This document shows positions 24,563 through 36,885 of a stretch of DNA of 64,000 nt, one piece after another. Source of the stretch: Thalia democratica (taxonomy: Eukaryota); NCBI GenBank assembly GCA_965202585.1, contig OZ241829.1:73160001-73224000 (forward strand), in the 5' to 3' direction. The notes beneath the pieces are model-generated. The model made no database searches. It saw only the letters and a program-made list of their open reading frames with translations, and had not been told where the DNA came from. The first letter of the stretch is position 1; every line of letters begins with the position of its first letter. A program made the position numbers and the translations under genes.

Positions 24563-26369
24563 ATAATGTATAGTTATACAAAAATTTTTTATTCTATAAT
24601 ATATATAACTCACAGGGATTTTGACTGAAATTTCTTCGCGAAATTTCGATTTCTGGTGAGTTCATTTATTTCCGTGATGTTAGCTTGAAAGTTTGTTGCC
24701 TTTCATTCTTAAAACCCTGATATTTTAACTCCGTGCAACTGTTAAAACATTGAAGTTTAGTTATTACTTTTATCTGAAGTATGATTTGAAAAGGTAGTAG
24801 TTCACTAACAAAATTCACAAATAAGGTACGATATTAGCTACCTACCAAAAATGTACACTTTCACTACTGTTTAGTGCTCACTGCATGACGTCAATCTAAT
24901 TCTTCAAACTCCTTCATTTGGCTGTTAAAAATTCTATTTAATAGGAAGTAAAACTAACTTTAAAGTTAACAACAATCTATAATACTTTAAAGTGTTTAAG
25001 TGTAATCAATTTTTCCTTTATAATAATTAAATTCTAGAAGTATTTTTTCCAGTTTTATTTGATACACAATAGCAAACGAAATAAAGCATTTTATTAATGT
25101 AAATTTTAACTTTAACTTAAAACAAATTTTAGCCAAGGGTTTCCAAAAGCGGGACATAACAGCAAAGAGGTAAAAATGGAAGGGGCATGAGTTGTAAAAG
25201 GATCAAAGGGGGCCTCGAGACCATAGTTTAAAACTCACACAAGATATTCTATATTCTTTGGGGAAAAGTAATAAAAAGGTTTTAATTTAAAAGTAGTTTT
25301 TAAACAACTCTTGTCGGAGAAGCGATAGCATTTTTATTTCTTTAAATTAAGCCTTATGATTTTTTTTTTTGAAATCCTGAACAAACCGAACAACAAACAT
25401 GTTTTTTATCAGTTTTGTTTTACTGAATTTTTATTTTATTTTCAATATGTTTTTTTAAATCTTAGCTGATCGTTATTCTTTGTTAAAAAATGTATTTAAC
25501 ACGCTTATGTATAAATCTTTATTCTGTATTCTTTAATTATGTTCAGGAAAAAAATATTTTGAGATGATCAGACTTTATTTATTTTTTCGGTATTTAAAAT
25601 AAAAAACTTAAAAATTTGGAAAGAATTTACATTTAACTACTGCGTTTAAGTCTTTTACAATAAGCGAGATATGAATAAACTTGCACAAGGTAAAAAAAGA
25701 AAAGCGAAGAACTATTATGACGTCACTAGTAATAAAGTTAATTTTACGTCACGATTCACTTTTAGCTTGACCAGCCAAAGCCTGAAGCGAAACCACCGAT
25801 TGGCTTCTAAGTCAAGATGAGTTAGTTTAGAGTCATGTTGAAAATGACTGCAAATATCGATAACAAAAGATTATCACTTAGCTACGACTATATTAATATA
25901 AGACTTACTTTGAAGCCAATTTGTGATGTAAAAACGAGCGAATGATGTTTTCAGCTCATGACTTCATGAAAAAATATATTTTTTGTGACGAACAAATATT
26001 AAAGCTACTTTTTTCTTTGTCTTGTTTAGATTAAGTTATAGATTTCAAGCTTATTTCAATATTTTTTTAATTTGTTATCTTTAGATGATTGGTTTGAAAA
26101 CTCTTCACAACATGCACAAATTTTACAATTATAATATTAAAAATCTTATGTACTCTTGAGAGTTACATAGCTTATTTTATCATATTTGATAGTTCTGTAT
26201 CATATCTACCTTTAAAGATTGCTCATTTTTAGATATATAGGGATTTATTAATTAAGTGACTCCGAATAGTTGGTTAGCATGATTAACTAAAATAAACTAA
26301 TTCAGTTACTTTTGATGTTAAAAATTTGGTCTTAGCTAAAAACTTTTTACCAAAATACAAAATTGATGT

Positions 26370-26539
26370 TTCGTGCGACAAAGTCATCGTGCCAAAATGT
26401 CGCTGTGCTAAAATTTCGTCGTAAAATTGTGATGATGTGAATAAGTATCGTTGTACAACAATGCTGCCGTAAAAAAATGTCGCCGTGCAAAAGTGTCCCC
26501 TCGTGCAAAAGTGACGCAGTGCAAAAGTGACACCCACCC
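26370..26539. mobile_element. Right-end fragment of the same family as 21077..22244
   Basis: gtgcaaaagtgtcccctcgtgcaaaagtgac...gtgacacccaccc, identical to the terminus at 22244. Confidence 0.65.
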
Positions 26540-27800
26540 AGTTTTTTTCACAGCACATTATATGCTTAGTTCAAAAATAGCTTTGTTTACCACCACATTG
26601 TATTAACTCTTGTGTTATTTTTTTTTAATTCAAACCACAATTTTTATAAAAATAAAATGGTTTTTATCAAACAAATTTATTATTTTAATTAAGCAAATAT
26701 CAAATTAAAGTCTGTTATTTTAGATACAATATACCTAAGAAATCTTAATGCAGAAAAACTATTGCAATTAACAGAGAACGTCTGTAATTAACTTAGTTAT
26801 TTTTACCATAAGACAACAAAATTAATAGAACTTTTTAAAGCTTCATAAAGACGGCACACAAGATAAACAACTATTATGACGTCACGAGTAACACAATAAA
26901 GTTTTGTGACGTCTTAATTCACTTTTGCCAGCCAACCGAAGTTCAAAGCGGAATCACCTAAAAGTTCTGAAGTCAAATAGGAATTAGTTTTAAGTCATGT
27001 GAGATGATTGTTAAAAGAATTCAGCAACGAGGCTACAAATTGAATCAATGCTCATTGAACCACATTTGTAGATAATTGTAAAAGTCTTCTTTAACAAGAA
27101 TAAATATTATGAGAGAAACCATTATGTTGGTATATTTTAAGCGTTTAAAAACTTACCTACGCAGTATTTTGTACATTATCAGACTATTAAATATCGTCAC
27201 AGGTAAGGTATTTTTTTTCATGAAAATCACAAACAGCCACTGTAATAAATTATTTCAAAGTTGTAAGACATTCGATAATTTCATCACTAATAGCCTTTTT
27301 AATTTAAACAAAAATTAACAGAACAAATTATACATTTTATCTAGTCATGCACAAATGTACAAAGCACTATTCAACTGATTAAACCAAGGATAACCAACTC
27401 AAGCACAGTGGATGTTGTTTACAGGAAATTAATAGGATTAATGGTCTTCGACTTTATGAAAAATTTGAAAACAATAAAAAAGAAAAACAAAGGTTGTTCG
27501 CTGTAATTGCCATCCTTGTAAAAAGAACGGAGCTTATGACCAGGACCATAATAAACCTTTAAGTTTGAGTATAAAGCGTACAAAACATGTAACTTCCTGC
27601 ACTAAATTAAAGTCTAATTTAATTTATAGTAGAAGTTTTAACAATTATAATCCTTTCAAATAAATGAGCTCCAGGGATGTAGAAATTTGTAGTTTTTTCA
27701 GATAGTTCATTGTTTATAAATAGATTAGTAAAGTATTTTTTTGGCGGCACGCTAAAAAAATATGTTTGACTAGGACAAAGTATGAAAAAAATGCACCAAC

Positions 27801-27858
27801 CTGGCATCTGCAGCAGCGATTGCAGCGTACTCCTGCGAGGGATCCATCTCGTCGACCA
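27801..27858 (-). other. GC-rich candidate micro-exon, partial duplicate of 28498..28640
   Basis: tttaaAG acceptor and GTTGGT donor; a 2-nt indel relative to the 28498 copy. Confidence 0.35.
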
Positions 27859-28497
27859 CTTTAAAGATTTAACGTTGTGGTTTGCTGTTTTTGTTCTAAT
27901 TTTTAACTTTAACAGCTTGAAAATAAAACTGTTTTGTTGTTTTTTTAAGCTTAGTTCAACAAGTTATAAGCATTGTAATTTAAGGTAGAGGTACTTATCT
28001 GTGAAATCTGGTTGATCTGTGAAAATAAGGAAGGAATGGATTAATAGTTAGTTACCAAAAAATAAAGCTGTAGTCAGATTCAATGATTTAAGATAACTTA
28101 CTCAGAGAAAAAAAAAAAATTATACAACTCCAAAAAATATTTTTTGAATAAAGGATTTACTTAGTAGCTTCGGACTTCTACCTAGCAATGAATTTTGCTA
28201 AACTATATTGGTGACCTTATTGTGCAAAAGACGGTGAACCAGTACTAGTCATGTAAAAGAAAAGCAACTTCTTGTTTCTATGGTTTGAACAACGGTATGT
28301 TAGTTACTCTTAAAATAAGATTTATTTTATAAATGAACTTAAGAGATGTGGAGAAATGGAGCTAAATGTATTGTATTGTAACGTTTCAGATGTTTATTTT
28401 ATATATAACAACTAATCGATAGCTTCTGTGCACCACAAAGTACTTTTTGTATACCACTTTGTGCAATTAAAAAAACATAAGAAAAAAATGCACCAAC

Positions 28498-28640
28498 CTT
28501 GCATCTGCAGCAGCGATCGCAGGACTCCTGCGAGGGGTCCATCTCATCGACCACCTTAGCAGCGAATTTAAGCGGTTCGTTTAGTTGCTGGATGTCTTCG
28601 TTCACGTCGCTTGCTGTTTCTATATCTCCGTTCAGGAATT
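28498..28640 (-). other. GC-rich candidate exon
   Basis: ttctaacAG acceptor and aag|GTTGGT donor; one open frame (..FLNGDIETASDVNEDIQQLNEPLKFAAKVVDEMDPSQESCDRCCRCK); much higher GC than its flanks. Confidence 0.4.
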
Positions 28641-29069
28641 CTGTTAGAATATTTCATCTGATAAGCTCATTGTAGATTCAACAAAAAAATTATCAACTTT
28701 GTTTTAAAAAATGTTGCTTTTGGATTACTTATTTGTTTTAGAATACAATCAATCCCTATTAAAACTTATTTTTCGGCTAAAATATTTATAGACTTATTTC
28801 TTTTAACTTTTTGTATCAAAATAGCCTAGATTGCTAAACGTTGCATAAGAATATGCTTAGGCTCTTTGGATGATAAACTTCCAGACAGCTTGTTCTTCTA
28901 AGAATGATTTCGTACTTATTATTATGATAGTTAGGACCACTAGTTAATTTTAATTACCTAGTGCTCTAAAATTTAGTATTAGCAATATATTCTCAAAAAA
29001 ATCAAAGGTTGGTTAACAATTATAAATAAGAATTTCTCTAATTAGTGTGCGAAGTCTGTTGATTAATGT

Positions 29070-29680
29070 AGGGAACACAAAGTGGTATTTAATTTCATGG
29101 ATACACGTTTACAATCTATGGAAGTTGGATCTATAAGTAAAAAACGCATTGCTACTCTTTTATTTTGGAACAGGAGAAGACATGCCCAGAGACAACTTTA
29201 CAATCTGTTTATATTATATCTAAAACATAGTCCATCTCCGTTTACAAACCATAAAAGTCAACAGCATTTTCCTCTAGCGGATATGCGCAAATCTTAATTC
29301 TATCAGAGAATCAAAAAAAATCTTTGTGCAAAATAAAGTATCATGGTGAGAAGTTTATCAAAAAGTTTCAAGTTTTTTTTTGTGATTTCAACGCAAGGGT
29401 TACATCTGATCATCACTTTTTGTCTAAAGGTCTGTGACAAATTTGGTTTCATAGAGAAGTATAACACATTTAACCTTTTTGGTTTAATTTTGTGATAAAC
29501 TAAATCTCTGTGTAATCAGTTCTGTTTATCAACCTAAGCATACAATATTTTCCAGACATCTTAGTTTTAATAGTTGACATTAGCTAGACCTCATTCTAGA
29601 AGATTGTCATCACTAAATTAATTAGGTCTTATCTCAGTGCAGAATGTAATAGCGATCAGAGTTGCCAACAGTTTTTTGTG
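29070..29680 (+). mobile_element. Degenerate RTE-clade LINE fragment (APE-type endonuclease), with stops and frameshifts
   Basis: Conceptual translation gives ordered APE motifs: VVFNFMDTRLQSMEVGS...; CDFNARV (29381); FCDKLNLCVISSVYQPKHTIFSRH..*H*LDLIL (29584); ECNSDQ (29651). These match GDFNARVG / NLCITNSFF..KPQHKVSWRHP..HWHQLDLIL / DCDTDH of RTE endonucleases. Confidence 0.75.
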
Positions 29681-29779
29681 AGTTTTCTTTAGGTTTCTGA
29701 AATTCTTCCGGTTTTTTATAAAAAGGTTTATTTAAAAACCACTCATGTTTTAAAGTTCGGAATGTTTTTTTATCAATTT

Positions 29780-32270
29780 CGTTTTGAACAACATCAGAAT
29801 AAATTTTTTTAAAATTATGAAACTTATAGTAAAGTTTATTTTGATTTTAATGGTTTATGGATATTTAGCTAAAAGTAATTACGTCAGATAGAATCAAGTG
29901 TAAAAGTTTTTATAAAGGTTTTAATTTAGAATTAAATAAAATTATACTGTTTTGAAGTTATACCAGGTTTTTGAAAGAACAAGTTTTTTGATCTATTTAA
30001 AGTTGTAAATCAAACTTAAGGTTAGAAGTAATTGTGACGTCGTACCAGAACCTTCAAACAGACTTTTGAGTAATTGTTACGTCACATCAGAACTTTTAGT
30101 CAGGTTTGTGAGTAATTCAACTTACAAAATTGGTATGACCTGAAGTAATGACATTTAAAAATAAACATCAATAAATATGAATACTTAACATAATAAATAT
30201 AAACATAAATAACATGAATACAAAAAAACATGTGTGGTATCAAAATATGAATAAGCGAGCTCATAGAAAAATAATTCCTGCTAGAGCCGCAACCACTGAG
30301 GAGAAACAAAGTCAGTATTATCTTGTTGCACTATTCAGTTGCAAAATGGAATTCATAAGATTCAAAATCAAAGCTTTCTAAAAAGTTCTCAGTTCAATGA
30401 TTACTAAAGACAAAGAAATGAGCTGAGATAACTGTTTCAATCAAGCTTATGTTAAAAAATCTCTTTATTTGGAAAGTTGAAGAAAAAATTCTTCTTTGTT
30501 ATATTTGCAAATGTTGCTTGCTTTCTAATGTTACAATTTTAGACTTAGACAAGTAGTTGATTCAAAATATAAAAAGGGTTAATTTAAAACAGAAGAAAAT
30601 TTGTTGTTGTTAATATTATTATTGTTGTTTTTTTTCTTAACCGATGAATAAATTTTACAAAACTTATCTTTATATTTTCATTTATAAAAGTCAAGTACAT
30701 TTTATACACAAAGTTCAGTTAATTTTTGTTTAGTTTTCTTTTCTTTCATTTCGCTTAATTAATTGTTTTATCACAAAAGAGTTAAATTTTTGAATGAAAA
30801 CAAAATCATGTGTAATAGCTCGTAAGAAACTTTATAAGCATGTGGTATATGACTCGATTACCAAAAGGTTCCTTTGTAGACCAGTTCCTTAGAACAAACT
30901 TTTTGAGCGCTTTTTTTATCGTTTAATAAAAAATATAATTATATTTTGGATAAATATCAAAGGTGGACAACTAAAAGTCATAATCACGCACAACTCTGTT
31001 TAAAGTTTATAGTGTGACGTCACAATTACTCACAAGTCTGCTCGAAGGTTTTTGTGCTTGAAAAAAAAGACTTATACAGGTTTGTGCATATTATACTTAG
31101 CTAGACTCTTTAAAACGATTCCTTACAAAATAAAATAATTATGCTTTATCACTCCATGAGGAACTTGTTTTTTACAAGCTTAAAAGAAGCAAACTTAGAA
31201 TAGACCTTTGGAGTGAGTTACAAAAAAAAATCGCAGTACTCTACAAGCTGTTTTAATAACAGAAGGGATTTGTAGAAAAAAATAGAAAAATAGTATATTA
31301 ATATAAGCTAGTATGAAAAAATCTACTCTTTTTTATTTTTGTTTTTGCTTCACTTAATATCAGCACGTGAATTTCATTTGAAGTTATTTAATTTTGAGTG
31401 TTTACTAACTTACTGTTTATATTGTTATTTTAATGTTTTAATATTTACATAACAAGCTATGCCAATATTTTTCTACATTAAATCATACAAAAGTTTAAAC
31501 AAAATTAATTAAAATTTATAAGTAAAAGAATTATAACTTTCTTAATGGGTTTAGAAAAAAAAACGTAAAAACATAAAAACACTCTTCAAAAAAGAATGAC
31601 TCCAGTATAGATTTAGGACTCAAAAATGGCTCGTTTTTCCCTTATGGGTCATATTTTGGCGATAAGCTGTAAAAGGGCCAAAGAGGGTATAGAGTGCTTA
31701 GATACGCTTACGAAATTTTTGAAACTAGATATTTGAAGAACAAAAACCATGAGTGGTAGCAATATTTTTCTAATATTTTGAAAGGGGCGATTATTAAAAC
31801 GAGTTTGGGAAACTCTGCCCTACAAAAATATTGTTAACATAGTTTAATTAGGCGCAGTGCTTGTTAGTGTACACAAAAAGAAGCACTCACAATTAAGTGC
31901 ATATTAGACTATTTATAACCTCAGATGATTAAAGGTGATTGTTTTTTTAAGTTTTTTAAAGAGAGTGTTTTGAAAAACAAAGTAAAATTCTTATACAGAT
32001 TATATTTGTATATATTGTTCAAACTTTATTATTTAAATTAAATTTAGGTTATAATATTATAAGTGGTAGTTATTAATGTACTTGTTTGATCAATGAAAGG
32101 CTATTAAAAGAAAAAAAAAATTAAAACTTACACAGTAAGTATTATAAATATGAAAAATGAACTTGGAGTGTCTTAGTTTCCCTTCCACTTAATCGCGTTT
32201 CTCAGCACTAATGTTGAAAAGTTGTTGCTCGTTCTTCTTACTCGAAAATATAAACCACCGTCTAAATGTT
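29780..32270. repeat. Older paralogue of the 44-45, 52-53.6 and 60-62.6 kb blocks; 30690-30930 also matches 380-640
   Basis: Shared blocks: aaaatatgaataagcgagctca...aaagtcag; ggtggacaactaaaagtcataatcac; gcagtgcttgttagt; tagctcgtaagaa...ggttcctttgta. Confidence 0.8.
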
Positions 32271-33220
32271 AAAAAATAGAAAATATGTTATGTATTTAAA
32301 TTAAGATTTTAGCTTTACATTGATAAGTTTTGCTTAGTTTACTTTATAAATAGTTTAGCCGTTTATACTTATAGTTTATACTTAAGTTATGTTTATCTTT
32401 CTTTGTGAGTCTACTGAAGCTACTTTTTAGATTTTAACAAACAAATATCTAAAAAGTATACATAATAGTATTGTAAAACCTTACTAAATATTCAGTTTTC
32501 ATTACTTGAAAAAAAAAACACAAAAAAGGAGTGATAATTAAAATCCTATCACACGATCAATTTGTAGTAAAAATAAATGATTTAAGGAGACTAACTCCTC
32601 AGAAGAGTGAACTTTGTAAGAGTACTAGCTGTTGGTAGTTTATTTCTAAACGAAGAACTCTTTTCGACTTACATATTTTAATAACTTTCAATGGAACAAC
32701 TTAATGAATTTTACTTCAAGCTGAAATTTTTTGAAATCTCGAAAAATGTTCACAATCAAATTGTCGAAAACTTATGGAGATCGATTTGCTATCTTGAAGC
32801 TCAAACATTGTTGTTTGATGTAAAAGTGAATAAACTCAAGTCTTATTAAAAAAAAAATTCTTCAAAAATAAAAACCAAAACGGTTAATACAACTGTAGAT
32901 AAACGTGTTAAATAATAACATTTGACTTTATAATATTTTTGGTTTAGAATTCAAAAAACATATGGACCTGAAAGAAATGAATTTGTATTGCTAAGGTTCT
33001 TATAGTTATTAATTTAAATCGCGTTTTTTGGTTAATATGCGTATTCAGTGAAAATGTTACTATATTTTCGTCAAAACAAAAAACATGCTGTCAGCACTGT
33101 GGTAGCTAAAATAACAAAAAATTGCGTGTTAACAGCATATAAAAGAAATTCGCGCAACAGAAAACTACATGTGACGTCATAATACATATTAAATGACGTC
33201 ACAAGCTGACTTTAGGAGTC

Positions 33221-33452
33221 CAGGATTCCTAGACTTAAAGTTTTGAGAATATTATAGTCGTGTTAGAGACGAGTTTTGTAAACTTAAACTGACAATTTTT
33301 AACTTCTTTTTTTTTGTCGAAATTCCTGACTATTCCTGAATTTTTTTCAAAATCCCCCATTTTTTTCTGATATTTCCTGACTTTTGTTATTTTTTAAAGT
33401 TTTTCTAACTTTTCCTAAATTCCTGACTTTACCTGACCTTGTGGCAACCCTG
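33221..33452. mobile_element. hAT-like MITE fragment
   Basis: Repeated ttcctgact subterminal motifs ending GTGGCAACCCTG. Left end degenerate (caggattcc); no TSD found. Confidence 0.5.
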
Positions 33453-33714
33453 CTTAAGGTAAATTGTTATAACTATTAGTTCTAAATTAAACTAATTAAC
33501 TAATGACGAAATGATGCTACAAAAAATTTAATTTTTAAAATTATCACAACATGGGTATAAATATAACAACTTACTTGAGTGTTCCATGGACTTAATTCCG
33601 AATTACGATGCATTCTTGTTGATAGATTGATGGAGTACTCACTTCACCGTGATGAATAGATTGTTCTATACTCTGTCCAACTGTTAAAATATAAATTCAA
33701 CTTGTTCAATTTGC

Positions 33715-34352
33715 TGTAATGAATACGTGCATTATTCAAAGTTGAGCTCAGAGAATATTTTGAGTTTGACACGCTTCATTGCACTAGCCAATGAGAATCA
33801 TCTGACGTGTTTCAAACTAATTCTGATGCAACTAAATATCAGAAAATGAGTCAGTGTATTTGTAAGCAGTTGGTTAGTTGGTGTGCAGCTGGAACTACCT
33901 TTTATTGATTTGTGATTGTGTATTGTAAGTATTGTTTTGTGTTAAAAGTGAATATCTTAACTGGTATTTAAATGTTTTAATATTTAAGCCAGGTTTATAG
34001 TTAATAGTTTATTCTTTTACAGTTTCTTCTTTACTAAAAGTTTTATTAAATTTTTAGTTTATTGTTTAAAGTCTTTTAAAGAGATTTAAATAGATTGTAG
34101 TTTCTAAAAAGTTTGTCATAGTAATTTATAGTTTTGTATATGCTCAAATTTCTTGTTGTGTTTTATATAAAAGATTCATCACTTAAAACTGTCTGTCTGA
34201 TTTATATAAAGTAGCATTAAGTAGTGTATAGTTATTATGTCCAAATACAATAGTATAAATGAGAAGTATGAACAAAAAGGTCAGGTTGACTATCTGCCCA
34301 CAGTAAGTCACCCTGACCCAACTGAGGCTTTAGATGTTGGGCCACCAACATC
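33715..34352 (+). repeat. 5' LTR with internal promoter motifs and a candidate 5'UTR intron
   Basis: CCAAT (33788), TGACGTG (33803), TGAGTCA/TCAGT (33847), donor GTAAGT (33925), acceptor cttttacAG (34022), ORF ATG (34237), terminal hairpin GATGTTGG-gcca-CCAACATC. Confidence 0.8.
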
Positions 34353-36288
34353 AGTAGCCCACAATGGCGTCCTTTTAAGTAGTGAGAACTACCAATCTTT
34401 TGATCAACAGTTAATTATGTCAGAATTTGAGAAAAATAAGATACATAAAACCTGTAATAAAAGTGGGCATTATAGCATTGACAATGAAAGCAGAGTAAAC
34501 ACCATTAGACAGAAGCAGTCTTTAGATTATGAAAGTTCACTAGAAGTGGAAGAATTGGAGATGGAGAAACTTACAAAACTAGTAGCCCAAGCTAGAATTT
34601 TAGAAAAGAAAGCCACCTTAAAAAGGAAATTGAATTCAATTTATAATAGATTAGATAAAGGTCAAAATAAATCACAATGTAAGATAGGTTACAGTGGTAG
34701 TAGTCCTGTATATAATTCTTCCCACACTGTAGGGGCTACATATAACAGCAGTTTGAAACAAAGGACTTTGGAAAATTGCAAACTTTTTTCCCAGATTGAG
34801 GCCATTGGGGACCCTGTAATTGAATTAAGATTTTTTGAGGATAGGTGTAGTACTTATGGCATTACTGATGATACTGAAAAGGTTTAAATACTTCAAAGAA
34901 TCTGGCCACGTCCTGATATAATAGATTTTTTTGAAGCTTATGATGAGGACAGAACATACTTTAATCTTTTCAAATTTTTAGAAGGCCAAGGCAGTAAACT
35001 GCCAAAAATCTTAGGAACCCATCCAAAATGGGAGGGGCCAGCAAAATTCCAAAAATTGTACTTTTCAGCAAAAAAGTGGGCAAAATCAAATGAGCAAGAT
35101 AGAATTAAGTATTTCATGTATGTTCATGCTCCTGATAAATTAAAAAAGAAAATTAAGGAAAATTTTGGGTTAAGGTATGAGGAATTTTTAAGGCACACAG
35201 AATCAATATGTGAGATAGAAAAACAGAGAGTTGTAGAGCAAGCCAAACATGTTTCATATGAACCTCACAAACCATACTATGGTAGGAACAGAAACAAAAG
35301 ACACAATAATGTAGGTTGGCAGGAAAACCAAAATCTGTTTCATAATAACCACAGTAGTAACCAGCCTAATCAAAATTACTATAGGCTAGAAGATAACCAA
35401 TCTACAAATAATGTTAGAGTCCACTATAACTACAAAACCCAAGACAATAACCATAATGTAAATGATTATCATCCAAACCATAATATTTCTAAAGTAAATG
35501 GAGAAAATGACAGAACAGTAAAACACTGTAATTTTGCAACCACAAAAACTCCTTCAGTTCATTCAACCAGAAAAGCACAAAAATTAAAACCTAAAGCTCC
35601 AAGAAAAATTATAACATATGGAGTAACAGGCCGAGTTGTGTGGTTTAATCTTAAAAAGGGCTATGGATTCATTCATTGTGATAATAAGGACAGTGATGTT
35701 TTTGTTCATCATACTGAAATTACCAAAAACAACCCTAATAAGTTTTTAAGGTCACTTGCTCAAGGTGAGGCTGTTGAATTTGATGTTGTAATGAGTGAAA
35801 GTAAAATACCTCAGGCTGTGAACGTAACAGGTCCTAATAACAAACCAGTTTAAGGTTCCAAATATGCCCAAGACAGGTGGTCAAGCTATAATCAGAGTTT
35901 TAACAGGCAACAGAGGCCTCAACAAAAATGTTATTTTGTCAGTGACTATTGTAAAGTAAAAAACTACCAGCAAAGAGAAGAGCAAAACTGTTATGAGTTA
36001 AAACACAACCACCAAATAACCCACCAGGATCAAACAACTGATGATAGACAATTTGCAAAAGAAAGTACCCATACTGATTCTCCAAATGATTTATTAAAAA
36101 TTAGCTCTACAGGCTATCAACCTATTAGCAATGAAAAAGAACAGTTTGAACCTCAGAGTGAAATTTTGAAATTAATTTCAGAAAAAGATAAATTAATTAA
36201 AGAAGGTATCAAAATAGAAGAAAATGTTGAAAGTATTAAACTTAAAATTGACAAATTAAGAAATAAAGTTTTTGAAAGGCTAATGTAA
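34237..36288 (+). pseudogene. Gag-like capsid fused to a Y-box-type cold-shock domain; 683 codons with two in-frame TAA (34885-87, 35851-53)
   Basis: The supplied ORFs 34237..34887 and 35056..35853 share one frame, which stays open across both stops to 36288. Capsid-like: GDPVIELRFFEDRCSTYGITDDTEKV*ILQRIW. CSD (35620-35868): GRVVWFNLKKGYGFI..DVFVHHTEI..NNPNKFLRSL..GEAVEFDV..AVNVTGP..PV*GSKYA, with RNP1/RNP2 and the Y-box-specific NNPxKxLRS segment. Confidence 0.85.
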
Positions 36289-36885
36289 AATAACATTATT
36301 CTAGGGTTTAGTTAGGCATGACAGTTGAGTGATGATTCTGTATGACTAAACAAATGTTTTTTTTATTTTTTGTGAAAATTTTTTGATCTTAAAACCAATT
36401 GATACTATATTGCCAAAGATTTTTTTCTGAGTTTAAAATTTTAATTAAAAGTTGCTTATCTATAAAAAGTAATAACAGTATTTGGAAATGTAACCAGAAT
36501 TGTACTGATATTTAATTTTATTTATTATGCAAATACAATAATGTTAACACCAGTTTTTTTTACCATGTTTTCTAAGATTTTACTAAGCTAATTAATCTGA
36601 TAAAACTTATGTTCTTATATAAAAAGTAATACAATTGTTTTAATAATATGAAAGGCAAATACTTGATTTTTTTTCTCTTTCTTATTAGCATTCTATTTCA
36701 ATTTGATTTTTAAATTAGTAATGACTAGTTTGAGTTTATCAATGGGTTACACTGTTCCTTTTATTTTGTTTTTTTGCTGTTTACCAATTAGATTTAGGTG
36801 AACATCACCTTAGAATTCTTCTAGCAGGAGGCAAGCAGAGGATAGAGTGATAATCCTCTTCAAAAAAAAGGACTACAGAAGATAG

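Noticed and set aside
34237-36288. Ciliate-type genetic code (TAA = Gln) to explain the two in-frame TAA codons
   Set aside because: The frame uses CAA/CAG abundantly and has only two TAA in 683 codons; the 517-aa ORF is fully open in the standard code.
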